From the NCBI GenBank assembly GCA_024679065.1, contig JAGIQG010000019.1, positions 34,100,001-34,164,000 on the forward strand: a stretch of 64,000 nt of DNA, read 5' to 3'. Shown here one piece after another: positions 49,955 to 62,525 of this stretch. The position numbers and the translations under genes were made by a program. The DNA comes from Sphyrna mokarran. Its lineage: Eukaryota. The notes beneath the pieces are model-generated. The model made no database searches, was not told where the DNA came from, and saw only the letters and a program-made list of their open reading frames with translations. Numbering within the stretch: the first letter of the stretch is position 1; each line of letters starts with the position of its first letter.

Positions 49955-52900
49955 AAACTAAAGGGTCTGGCCCATAAAGCATTAATATGGGACTAAGTAC
50001 AGCACTTAATGTAAGAGAGAGCATGACCCGCACTGAGAGGCCAGTATAGTGTTGAACAAGGCTGTGTGTAGAAGCAACCATAGAGATAGCTCCTAATTTG
50101 CACGTTTACTGTATTTATGTATATAGTTTCAGGTAGTTCATAAATATTTGCTGTTGAATGACCTAAGACTTACAAATAAGACTTATCAAACTATGGCTTA
50201 CAACATGGTGGCAGCAAATGGAACAACTCAAAATCTAAGATACTACAGAAGAAAATTAAAATCCTAGAAAACTTAAGGAAAAGTCAAAGAAGCATTCTGA
50301 TTTGAAGAAATACTTAGAAAATAAAGGCGTAGAAGGAAATTGCCAAAGAAAAGCTCCAGAGAAAGGGTTGGAAGCTGAAGGCAAAAATTAAATTGCTCAA
50401 TGCAGCTGAATACTCCATCAAAGCCTGTGGAAGTCTAGCTTGAATGTCCAGAGTGCGCAGGGCCTACAGAATAGCAGGAATGAGCTACCAATATAAAATT
50501 CCTGGACGCTTCAAATTCCGAAAGAAAATTAAAGAGTACAGTAGTTAGAAATTGCTGTATGGATTACAGTTTGCTAAAACTGACTCCAACAGTGCCTAAA
50601 CAACTTTTTCCCAAACTTGCTCTGAACAAACAGAACAAAAATCTATTAAAAAATAGTCACAACTGAGTTGGCAGCTTTAAGAATCTATCAAAAGCTGGGA
50701 TACAGTGCCGCTAGGAACCAAGAATATTGTGGTAAAGTGGGAATCTAACCAATCAATCCAAGTAGCCATTGTTGAAAAATTTAAATCACTGAGATCACAA
50801 ATGCTATCTGGAGCTTTCCAAAACCAGCAAGTGCTGAGAAAACCCTCTCTGCAGAAGTGTATGGCAGCATGATTTTGGCTTTTCAGAAACCTCTTAAAAT
50901 GGAACCTGCAATTTATAAACTTTAACATGGGTCAGAAATCCACTTTTCCAAACACTTTGGATTTACCCAAGGCTCAGATCAATCACAAAAATTTGGAGAA
51001 AGAGATTCCTTCGGTGCATGAGATATGGATAAAAAGACAGAAGCTGAACATGTTAAGACACTACTTGGTAGGCCTGATAGCCAACAATATAGTAGACAAG
51101 GAATCAAAATTCTGCAAAATTTGAAGTTTTAAAATCAGTTGATGCTTATTTTAACATTAGTGGTAACAAAATGCTTGAAAGGATAAATTTAATAAATGTG
51201 TTCAACATCCAGAGAAATCTGTTGATTCTTTCATTAATGGGCTGTACGGAATGGCTGATGTCTGTGATTGACCTGAAATCTAGTCCGGGATAGAATAGTT
51301 GTAGGAATGACAGATGATGGACGCTAATACTTGCCTCAAAAAAGGAAGATCTAACCCTTGAGAAATCCGTCTGAATTGGCAGGCAATCTGAAATCCCTCT
51401 GTAGTACATCCATAATTGAGAGGGAAAAGAAAACCCACCCTCCAACTAGTGAAACATGGACACTTTAGGACAAGAGAGGCAATACCCAAACCAATTAGTA
51501 CAGCAAGTATGTCAGCATGGTGGGTCAAAGCGCCCCTACAGCCAAGATTACTGTCCGGCAATTTCAGCCCAATGCTTCCAATCTAGTTGAACAGGACGCT
51601 TAAGAAAGCTATCTACGGCCAAAACATCAAAACGTACAGAAGATCCTAAGAGGATTCAAGACGTCAAGGCAACACTCCAAGAGGTCACATAATCATGCTA
51701 CTTGGGTGAGGTCAGAGATCATATATTTTCATTCCAGAATACAGACATCTTAGTTAATGGCCATCTCACAAACTTTAGGTGGAATCTGGGAGCCAATATT
51801 ATGGTCCTATCAAAAAACAGTGGCTGAAAGACCTCTGGTTATGAACAATAGACACACCAGTTTAGGAGCCTAGAAGAATCCAACTTCCAAACATAGGCAT
51901 GATCCTAGAACTACCAACATATGGTGAAGAACAAATCTTTAAGCTAATGCACATCATCCAAAACCAGTCTTTTTCTTTCTTAAGCAAAGATGTCTAAATA
52001 GCCAGAATCTCCTCAAAATAGCAGAACACATCAAATCAACCACTGTCATAAATTATGCAGCTGCAAGTTCCTGAGAGCTCCAACAAGAAAGATCCTCATG
52101 ACTGGGACTTCAGCTCTGACTTATCTTCTCTCTACGTGAAGCAGATTTGTCCACTTTTGTTACTGGTGTCAGAAGCTGCTTATTTGTCCTGCCAGCCAAA
52201 CACTCAGATAGTTACCATGATGTCTGAAGTAGATGACGTCAAGGGAGGAACCAGCAATGAGAAGAAACTCAACGTCCAGCTTCAATGCCAATTAGAAAGA
52301 TGAACCCCGAGACCACAGAGCAGATGCTGCTATTCTCAGCCAATATGACAATGAATAATAGTCTTTCATTGACAACTGCTCTCCACACAGCCAAACACAA
52401 AGATGAGCTTACTACCAAGCCACACTCTCATAACAGTAAGAGTCATCTTCATCCCAGTGAGCATCATGATAAGTCACAAAGAGGAAGAAGAGAAGAATTC
52501 ACAATGGAGACAAACCCACAGTTTTTCTTCCCTGTAATGAGAGAGATAAACTAACCACCATCTATCACTATAATTAGAGTGTCAAAAAAGAGCAATTAGA
52601 TATTACAGAACAGCTAAAAAGGACAAAAGGATACCCAGATACCTGAATAACCACCAATTCAACAAAACTTACCTGCAGCCACAAAACATATCATGTTTTC
52701 ACACTCAGAGAATTGTTATAAAAGGGTTCTAAGGCCTGCAGACTGCCTGAACCTACGAACTCTATGTCTATGTATATGGGGTGAACTGGGATTAAGCTTG
52801 TGAGTATGTTGGATAAAGACTTGAAGGGAAGTGTAGTATAAGAGTCTGTCACATAAAGAGTTAATGTGGGATTGGGTACAGTACTGTTCATGCAATGACA

Positions 52901-53065
52901 TAAGAGAAGACATGACCCTCATCTAGGACTCTATATAATGTTGGACAGAGCCATGTGTTGAAGCGAGCATGCAGCTCTTAGCGCCCATTAGTTTTCAGCA
53001 GTTATTAAATACTTACTGTTGAACTACATAAAACTATAAATATCTTAATAAACTTATTGTACCAT
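49955..53065 (+). mobile_element. Internally deleted Gypsy-type LTR element with both LTRs
   Basis: 5' LTR ~49955-50205 ending acaaCA, then PBS tggtggcagc; gag remnant (FDAYFNISGNKMLER...SVDSFINGLY...DLTLEK); protease-like ILVNGHLTNF; PPT gaagggaag, then 3' LTR starting TGTAGTA at 52832 with similarity to the 5' LTR. No RT seen. Confidence 0.8.
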
Positions 53066-53896
53066 GCTCAAAACCTTGTAACAGTTGGGACTTGCCAATC
53101 TAGAACCTTTCAATATCATGGAGCATACAGGGTAGGATGAAGTTAAAAAGGGAAGCTCATGTCAAATATCAAGAGCTCAACACTGCAGTAAACCTTAAGT
53201 AGTGTAGAAAGTGAAATTAAAAAGCAAAATAGGAATGCAAAAGAGGCATTGTCCATTAGGGGACTGAATGGGAACTGAAAAAAAGCTATCCAACCTAATC
53301 CCACTTTCCTGCTTTTGGTTCACAGACTTATAGGTTCGGGTATTTAAGCCCTGATCCCAGTATTTTTAAATGTAAAAGGAAAAATCTGCAGAAGCTGGAA
53401 ATTTGAAATAAAAACAGAAAATTCTAGAAAGGCTCAGCAGGACTGGCAGCACATGTGGATAGAGAAACAAAGTTAATGTTTTGAGTGACTCATTTGAAGA
53501 ACCATGGGCCATTCACAACCCCATGCCAAGCAATGCCCCCATCCACTCACAAGGCCCCTCTTAATCTCTAGATCAAAAAATGGTACTTCTATATTTATTC
53601 ACCCACTGTATAGAACCAATTATCCCTATAGTAGCAATAGAATACATTAAAAAAAAGCTTTTAAAAAGTCATTCATTCATAACATTCCACTTTGTTAAAA
53701 AAACTCCATTCACTATAGGCCAATAAAAGTGTTAATCATCCAGACCTTTTCAGTTATTGTAAGCAATTGCTGACTGAGAGCCCTGACATCCATTAGAATG
53801 TTGAGACAGCTGTGCCCCAAGGAAAACATTGCATAATTGACAACCCTCTCACTCTCTAATCTCTTCTATAAATGACACAACATTTATTTGCAGAAG

Positions 53897-54186
53897 GGCA
53901 GCACAGTGGTTAGCACTGCTGCATCACAGAGTCAGGGACCCACGTTCAATTCCCAGTTTGAGTCACTGTCTGTGCAGAGTCTGCTTGTTTTCCCTGTGAC
54001 TGTGTGGGTTTCCTCCAGGTGCTCCTGTTTCCTCTCACAGCTGAAAGATGTGCTGGTTATGTGCATTGGCCATGCTAAATTCTCCCTCAGAGCAGGAGGC
54101 AGAGTGTAGCGACTAGGGGATTTTCACAGTAAATTCATTGCAGTGATAATGTAAGGCTACTTGTGACAATTATAAATAAACTTTAA
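53897..54186 (+). mobile_element. V-SINE, alternative-tail subfamily, full length
   Basis: gggcagcacagtggttagcactgctgc head, gttcaattcc B-box, V core, and tail gactaggggattttcacagt...gtaaggctacttgtgacaattataaataaa. A tail-only minus copy lies at ~54460-54555. Confidence 0.88.
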
Positions 54187-55091
54187 ATGTTATAAAGCGC
54201 TTTCAAGTGCTTGCAGTTTCAGATTTTGATACTTTAAAAGATCTGGATGACTGACACTTTTATTGGTCTGAAATGAAAGTATTTTTTCACAAAGTAGCAA
54301 GTTATGAATGATTGCTTTTCCAAAACCTTATAAACACATGCCTTTTGTCATTATAGAGTTCATTGGTTCTATATAGTGGGTGAATGGATTTGGAAGTGCT
54401 ATAGCTTGGCATGGAGAGCATTAGGGGCCAAAGGGAATAAGTGGAGGGGTAAAGTAAAGTTTATTTCTTAGTCATAAGCAGGGTTACATTCATTTTGCAA
54501 TTTACTGTGAAAATCCCCTTGTTGCTACACCTGTTCAGATATACTGAGGGAGAACGAATCTTGTAAAAGATTCCCTCAGATGCACTATGATTCCCCAAAC
54601 AGTTGAGGTGCTGTTAATCATATTATTGATTTATGATACACTGTGTAAAGCTAGTCTGACTCCATGACAGTTGCAGAGTACAAGGACATCTCTATTACTA
54701 TCATGGAGCCAGCCACGTCAAGCATACAGGGTGTGGGCTCTGATCACACCCTTAAACTGCACTGTTGAAATTGGAAATCCCAGCTGGGAATTGGTGGAGA
54801 ATTCTGAAATTGGTTCCCAGCTGCCATTTTCACCGATTCATGGAATCTTCCCAACTCCATAAAAATTCTGCCCAAAAAGAATGGTAATGAATGAAACAAA
54901 GTTGTATCCAAGTAAGGTGTGAATGGCTATGTAAAATAACCTGAATACAATATTAAGGGCTAAAGGAAAAAACAAGACAAGATGAACAGAAGAAAAAGAT
55001 ACTCGGAACAAGGTGGCGGCAGAAGTTATGATCGAAGGTTGTTGAACTTAATTTTTTGAGTCCAGAAGGCTATAGGGTGCCAAATGAAAAG

Positions 55092-55217
55092 ATCAGGATT
55101 TTCTGGCTGTGCTCGCCCCAAAACCAGAAAATTTCACCTGAAGTCAACAGAATTTTCCATGGTCTGCCCCTTGCCCATTACGATTCCTGTGGTGGGCGAA
55201 ATCGGAAAATTTGCCCC
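55092..55217. mobile_element. ~125-bp MITE
   Basis: caggattttctggc...ggaaaatttgcccc; co-linear with 47802-47928. Confidence 0.75.
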
Positions 55218-55805
55218 AAAGTGCTGTTCATCACGCTAGTGCTATACCTTACAAAAATACTAGGAGGCCATGACAGAAAGGTCAGCATGAAAGTAAAGTG
55301 CATTTGTCTCCTCAATGTAAAGGAGACATACAAATGTACAATTTCAGAGCAGGGATAAACCATTCTGCCCCTCAGTCCTACTCAGACATTCAATAAGATT
55401 ATGACTAATCTGATTGTAACCTCAACCCCACGTTCCTGTATAACCTCAACCTTTCACCCCTTGTTACTCAAGAATCCATCCATCTCTGCCTTCGAAGTAT
55501 TCAGAGTCTGCTTCCACTGCTCTTTGAGGAAGAGTGTTACAGACTCTCACGTCCCTCTGAGAGAAAAATAATTCTCTTTAACTGCATCTTAAATGATCAA
55601 CTCCTTATTTTTAAACACTTATTCCTAATTCTAGATCCTCTGATAAGAGGAGCATCCTTTCTACATTCATCTTGTTAATACCCCTCAGGATCTTAATTGT
55701 TTCAATTAAGTTGCCTCTTACTTTTCTAAACTCTGGTGAATACAATCCTAAACTCTCCAACTTTTCTTCATAAGCCAACCTGTCCATTTCTGTTATTAGC
55801 TTAGC

Positions 55806-56355
55806 AAGGCCTATACGTTATTGCCAGACCATAATGAAATCTACACGTTGCTGCAAAATCATAGTGAGGCCTGTATTTTGCTGCCAGATCATAATGAAGT
55901 TGTATGTATCTTATGTATGCAAGACCACAGTGAGGCCTTTTTGTCATTGCAAGCTGCAGTGAAGCCTGTCTGTAGCTGCAAGACCACAGCGAGACATGCA
56001 TGATGTTGAAATGTGGTAGTGAGGCCAGTATATTACAGCAAGATTATAGTAAAATTTGTATGTTGATGCAGATGGACTGTTCTATGATTCTAAGCTGATC
56101 CCTGTATGCTGATTTGATTTTTATTATTACTGGTATACAATGGAAAGTATTTCTTGCGTGTCATACAAGCAAAGCATACCATTCACAAAGTACATGGGGA
56201 TAAGGAAAGAAGAGGCTTCAGAATGTACTGTTACAGTCATAGCTAGGATATAGAGAAAGATTAACTTAATGTAAGTTGGGTCCGTTGAAAATCTGATGAC
56301 AACAGGGAAGAAGCTGTTCTTGAATCGGTTGGTAAGTGACCTAAAATTTACGTGT
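55806..56355 (-). mobile_element. Rex1/Babar 3' end plus 30-bp minisatellite extension
   Basis: Revcomp of ~58860-59470, including the aataataaaaatcaaatca terminus and downstream tandem units. Confidence 0.8.
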
Positions 56356-56387
56356 CTCTCTGAACTTCTAATGCATTTACATAACTG

Positions 56388-58168
56388 GAAACCATAGATG
56401 AACAGGGATATCTACTACTTGTTGAAGCCCAGATCTGAGGCATTCACGTCAGGTGACACTGACTTATACAAGAAAGGCAGATACAATCTAAGGAGATCCA
56501 TCAAAGGTGCCAAAAGACAATACTGGACCAAGCTAGAGTCCCAGACTAGACATACCGACCCCCGCTGACTACGGCAAATTCTGCAAGACGTAACAGAGTA
56601 CAAGATTAAGGCACATAAAATCGCTGGCTCTAACGCACTCCTCCCTGATGAGCTCAATGCATTCTACACCATTTTGAACAAAAGGTCAGCAAGAGCATGC
56701 CCTCCACCTTGGAAGCTCTGAATGAACCTCTATCTGAAGCCACTATTGCAGCTGTCAGGGCAGTTTTTCTGAAGGTCAACCCATGGAAAGCAACTGCCCG
56801 GATGGGGTACCCAGACATGCACATAGTTTTAACAGACATGTTCAACCTCTCTTTAAACAATCTGAGGTCCCTTTCTGCCTCAAGAAGATGACCATCATCA
56901 ATCAGCATGCCGTAATGGCTATCGGTCAGTGGTTCTGACATCTATCCTTATGAAGTGCTTCAAAATGTTAGTCATAGCACAAATCAATTCCAGACTTCCA
57001 GACTACCTCAACCCACTACAGTTTGCCTATTGTCGCAACAGCAGACGCCATTTCCCTGGCCTTTTTACTCCACCCTGGAACACCTAGATAACAAAGCTAT
57101 GTCAGACTCCTATTTATTGACTACAGCTCAACCTTCAACACTATTATTCCCACAAAACTCATCTTCAAACTTGGACGTAGGCCTTGTAATTGGATCCTGA
57201 ATTTCCTAACTCACAGACCACAGTCAGTAAGGATGGACGACAACACCTCCTCTATGGTCATTCTCACAAGACTGTGTTCTCAGCCCCCTACTATGCTCAT
57301 TATACACCTACGACTGTAGCCAAATCCCCCTCCAATTTGATTTTCAAGCTTGCTGATGACACCACCATAGTGGATTGGATCTCAAACAATGACAAAATAA
57401 AGTACAGAAATGAGTTAGAGAATCTGCTGAACTGATGCGGCAACAATAACCTCTTCCTCAGTGTCAACAAAACAAAGCGGATTGTCATCAATTTCAGGCA
57501 GCATAAAGGAGATCATGCCCTTGTCTATATCAATGGGGATGAAGTAGAAAGGGTTGAGAACTTCAAGCTTTTGTGTCCAGATCACCAACAACCGACCCTG
57601 GTCCCCTCTTACTGACAAGATGGTTAAAAAAGCCCACCAACGCCTCTATTTTCTCAGAATACTAAGGAACTTTGGCATGTCAGCTATGACTCTTACGAAA
57701 GTTTACAGATGCACCATAGAAAGCATTCTTTCTGGTTGTATCACAGATTCTGCTCTGCCCAAGACCACAAGAAACTATAAAAGGTCATGAATGTAGTCCA
57801 GTCAATCACGCAAACCAGCCTCCCATCCATTGACTCTGTCTACACTTCCCACTGCCTTGGCAAAGCAGCCATCATAATTAAGGACCCCATGTATCCCAGT
57901 CAGTCTCTCTTCCACCTTTTTTTGGGAAAAAGACGCAAAAGTCTGAGGTCATGTATCAACCGACTCAGGAACAGCTTCTTCTCTGCTGCTGTCAGACTTT
58001 TAAATGGATTTACCTTGCATTTTCTACACCCTAGCTATGACTGTAATGCTACATTCTGCATTCTCTCATTTCTTTTCTATGAATGGTATGTCTTTCCTAT
58101 ATAGCACGCAAGAAGCAATATTTTTCACTATATATTAATACTTGTGACAATAATAAATCAAATCAAAT
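56388..58168 (+). mobile_element. Rex1/Babar non-LTR retrotransposon (5'-truncated, degenerate)
   Basis: SGDTDLYKKGRYNLRRSIKGAKRQY, FKLADDTTIV and KKAHQRLYFLRILRNFGMS...YRCTIESILSGCIT; terminus cttgtgacaataataaatcaaatcaaa. Confidence 0.9.
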
Positions 58169-58710
58169 AAATAAGGAAACCAGATATGGACTCATCAGTG
58201 CCTTGTCAACAAAAGCTCAGCCTCCCTATTTTGGTTATCATTTCCCACCACAATAAATGGTATTATTCTATGAGCTTTACTAATTACTTGCTGGACATGT
58301 ATACCAACTCTTTGTGATTCATGCACTGTGATAACCAGATCTGCACTTCAGAGCTCTACTATCTTTCACCATTTAGATAATAAGTTTCTTTTTCATTCTT
58401 CCTGCCAAAATCAACAATTTCACATTTGCCCACATTATACTCCATTTGGCAGATTTTTGTCCACTCACTTAACTTATCTATGTTCCTTTGTAGCCTCTTA
58501 TGTCCATTTCACAATTTACGTTCCTACCCCTCTTTGTGTCATCAGCAGATTTAGCAGCCATAGCTTTAGTCCTTTTTTTTAATTCATTTATATGAATTGT
58601 AAAAAGTTGAGGCTGCAGCACTGGTCCCTGTGACACACCACTCATCACATTCTGCAACCAGAAAAAGACACATTTATGCCAACCCTCCATTTCCTGTTAA
58701 CTAACCGATC

Positions 58711-59470
58711 ATCTGTCCAGTCCATCACACAAACCAGCCCCGCATCTACTGACTCTATCTGCACATTCCACTGCCTCAGAAAAATAGCCAGCATAAACAA
58801 GGATTCCATGCATCCTGGATATACTCCCTTCCACCTTCTTCCATCAGGAAAAAGACACAAAAATCTGAGGTCACTTACCAACTGACTGAAGAACAGCATC
58901 TTCCCTGCTGCCACCAAATTTTTGAAGGGACCCAATTTATATTAAGCTAACTTTTATACTCTAGCTATAACTGTAAAGTCCATTCTGCAGCCTCTTCTTT
59001 CCTTCTACTCTATTTTATGAATGGTTTGTTTTGTCTGTATGGTGTGCAAGAAATACTTTTTACTACATACCAATACATATGACAATAATAAAAATCAAAT
59101 CAACATACAGGGATCAGCTTAGAACCATTGAATTATAGATCTAAGGAGATCCATCTGCAATAACATACAAATCTTACTATGACCTTGCTACAATAGACTG
59201 GCCTCACTATCATTGTTTAGCATCATACATATCTCGCTGTGGTCTTACAGCAACATACAGGCCTCACTGCAGTTTGCAATGATATACAAGTCTCACTGCG
59301 GTCTTGCAACAACATACAGATCTTATTACAGTCTTGCAACAACATACAGGCCCCACCGTGGTCTTTCAGTAACATACAGATCTCATTGCAAGAACAAACA
59401 GGCCTTACAGCAACATATAGGTCTCATTACAGTCTTGCAGCAATATACCTTATTACTGCAATCTTGCAGA
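58711..59470 (+). mobile_element. Rex1/Babar 3' end plus 30-bp minisatellite extension
   Basis: HPGYTPFHLLPSGKRHKNLRS; terminus gacaataataaaaatcaaatca; then aacatacag... units at 30-bp spacing (59311, 59341, 59371). Confidence 0.85.
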
Positions 59471-60857
59471 AAGGCTTTTTGATTTTCATCATCAGAGAAA
59501 ATTCTTTCTCTGAATCTATTCTTTCAAATGCTTTTTATCAATTAATATATCTGATTGAATCAACTCTGGACTTTTTAAACTCGAGAATACAAACCAAATG
59601 TAGCAACCTGTCTTCAAAATTTCATCCTTTAAGCCTTTGTATTATTTGATGAAATTGTGCTGTATGTACTCCCTTCAAAGCCAAATGGGCTGCACAGCCA
59701 AACCATTAGCTTCTCAAGGGCAATTAGGTCTCATAACAAATGACTAAAATAAATAAGTATACAAAGAAGTCAAATCACATCATATGCTTTCTAAGGTATA
59801 ATGCCCATATCTAAACACAATACTCAGTTAAAGGATGAAACATCACTTCTTCACATTTGTATTTTATAATGCATAGAGATTTTATGAATTATTTTGATTT
59901 TTATTTAACCTGAATATAAACTTTTATGGAACACCTAAATGCTCTTGTTTCTCCACAGCTTTTAGTTTCTAACTATTAAGAAAATATCCTAATTTGTCTT
60001 TCTCAGATCCAAGATTAATGATGTCACACCAAACTTCATTGAACATTGTTTTGCTCACTTACTTAATGGCCTTGATTTTACAGGGTACAATGGTCTCAGC
60101 AACCTCCTCCCCACCCAACCAGCTAAAATGTCAAGGGATGCCTAACCATCAGAAGCTTTCATAGCCACATTACAGCCAATTGTCTGGTAAAGAATGAGAA
60201 CAGCGCTACCATGTCTCAGAGTCAGAAAGTCCCGCCTCAGTGAACCAATCAGAGATCAGCTGCTCTCCAGTACCAGCAATACCACTGGAAGTGGTGGCTT
60301 TAATAACATGTTGGCCATCGTTCGGTCAGTCTTACTAAGATATTTGTAATCTTAGGTAGTTCCACAGTAAATATTTATTAAGTATAGAAATTATAAAGCA
60401 AGCTTGATACAAAATTGGCTTATGGCAAGAAACAAAGAGTTTGATGAATATTTTTGAGACTGGAAGGCTGTTTCCAGTGCAGTTCTAAAGGGCTTAGTTC
60501 TAAGCCCCCTGCTTTTTGTGATATATGTTAATGATTTGGATGTAAACGTAGGGGACATGATCAAAAGATTTGCAGACAACACAAAAATTAGCCGTACAAT
60601 GGATAATAGGATTATTGTAGACTGCAGGAAGATCTCAATGAACTGGTTAGTTGGCAGAAAAATATCAAACGGATTTCAATCCGTGTGTGAGGTGATGATT
60701 TGGGGAGGTCAAACAAGGCAAAGGATTACACAATAAATGGGAGGATTCTGAGAAAATAAGGGACCTCGGAGTGAATGTTCACAGATCTCGGAGGTAGCAG
60801 GATAGGTTAATAAGATGGTCAAGAAGGCTATAGAATCTTTTAATTTATTAGCTGAGA

Positions 60858-62525
60858 CATAAGAACATAAGAATATAAAAGTAAGAGTAACAAGTAAGAA
60901 TAATATGTGTGCAGAATATAGGGCTAATGGTAGGACTCAGTAGTGTAGATGAGCAGAGAGATCTCGGTGTACAGGTGCATAGATCTCTGAAAGTTGGTAC
61001 TCAAGTTGATAAGGTAGTTAAGAAGGTGTATAGTGTGTTAGCATTTATTGGTAGAGGGATTGAATTTTGGAGCCGAGATGTCATGTTGCAACTGTACAAA
61101 ACTCTGGTGCGGCCGCATTTGGAGTATTGTGTACAGTTTTGGTCGCCACATTATAAGAAAGATGTAGAGGCATTGGAAAGGGTGCAGAGGAGGTTTACTA
61201 GGATGTTGCCTGGTATGATGGGTAGGTCTTATGAGGAAAAGCTAAGGGACTTGAAGTTATTTTCATTAGAGAGAAGAAGGCTAAGAGGTGACTTAATTGA
61301 GACATATAAGATGATCAGAGGGTTAGATAGGGTGGATAGTGAAAGCCTTTTTCCTCGGATGGAGATGAATAACATGAGGGGACATAGCTTTAAATTAAGG
61401 GGTGGTAGTTATAGGACAGATGCTAGAGATGGGTTCTTTACTCAGAGGGTAGTAAGGGCGTGAAATGCCTTGCCTGCAGCAGTTGTGGACTCGTCAAGTT
61501 TAAGGGCGTTCAAATGGTCTGTGGATAGGCATATGGATAGCATTGGAATAGTTTAGGATAGAGGGTCATAAAATTGGTTCCATTGGTTGGCGCAACATCG
61601 AGAGCCGAAGGACCTGTACTGCGCTATAATGTTCTATGTTCTATAAGAAATAGGAGCAGGAGTAGACCATACAGCCCCTCGAGCCTGCCCCGCCATTCAA
61701 TAAGATCATGGCTGATCTGTAGTGGTTCAGTACCACTTTCCTGCTTTCTCCCCGTAACCCTTAGTTCCCTTGTGAATTAAAAACCTATCCACTCTTGACT
61801 TGAACGTATTCAGTGAGGAAGCCTCCACCACCTCATCAGGCAGACAATTCCAAAGATTCACCACCCTTTGCATGAAGAAACCCCTCCGTAACTCCAATCT
61901 GAACCACTCCCCCTAACCTTGAGGCTGTGCCCTCTAGTCCTGCTGTCTTTGCTAAGCGGGAAGAGTCTCTCAACTTCTACCCTATTCATCCCCTTCATTA
62001 TCTTATACGTCTCTATAAGATCCCTCTCAGCCTTCTAAACTCCAAAGAGTACAAACCTAGCCTATTCAGTCTCTCCTTATAATCCAACGCCCTCATCTCC
62101 AGTATCAGCCTAGTAAACCTTCTCTGCATCCCCTCCAAGACCAATATATCCTTCCTCGAATGTGGCAACTAAAACTGCACACAGTACTCCAGCTGCAGCC
62201 TCACCAGCACCCTATACAGCTGCAACAGAACCTCCCTACTTTTATATTCTATCCCTCTAGCTATAAGGGCCAACATTGCATTCACCTTCTTAATCATCTG
62301 CTGCACCTGCATACTGTGTTTTTGCGATTCGTGCACAAGGACCCCCAGGTCCCTCTGCACTGTCGCATGCTGCAGCTTTTCTCCATTAAATAGTAATCCT
62401 TCTTACCATTATTCTTAACAAAGTGGATAACTTCACACTTGCTAACATTATACTCCATCTGCCAGGTCCTCGCCCACTCACTCAACCTATCCAGATCCCT
62501 CTGCAGGCTTTTCACACCTTCCATG
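60858..62525 (-). mobile_element. CR1 3' portion (minus)
   Basis: SLQRDLDRLSEWARTWQMEYNVSKCEVIHF; tail (ataagaa)n split by the 60897-61643 insertion. Confidence 0.85.
60897..61643 (+). mobile_element. Young 5'-truncated CR1 LINE
   Basis: ORF 60909-61463 is closely similar to 35439-36740; (atgttct)n tail. Confidence 0.93.

Larger units (their letters stand above)
55335..58710 (-). mobile_element. Old CR1 3' half split by Rex1 insertions
   Basis: Co-linear pieces at 55335-55805, ~56355-56387 and 58169-58710 (SGVSQGPVLQPQLF, SADDTK). Confidence 0.75.
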
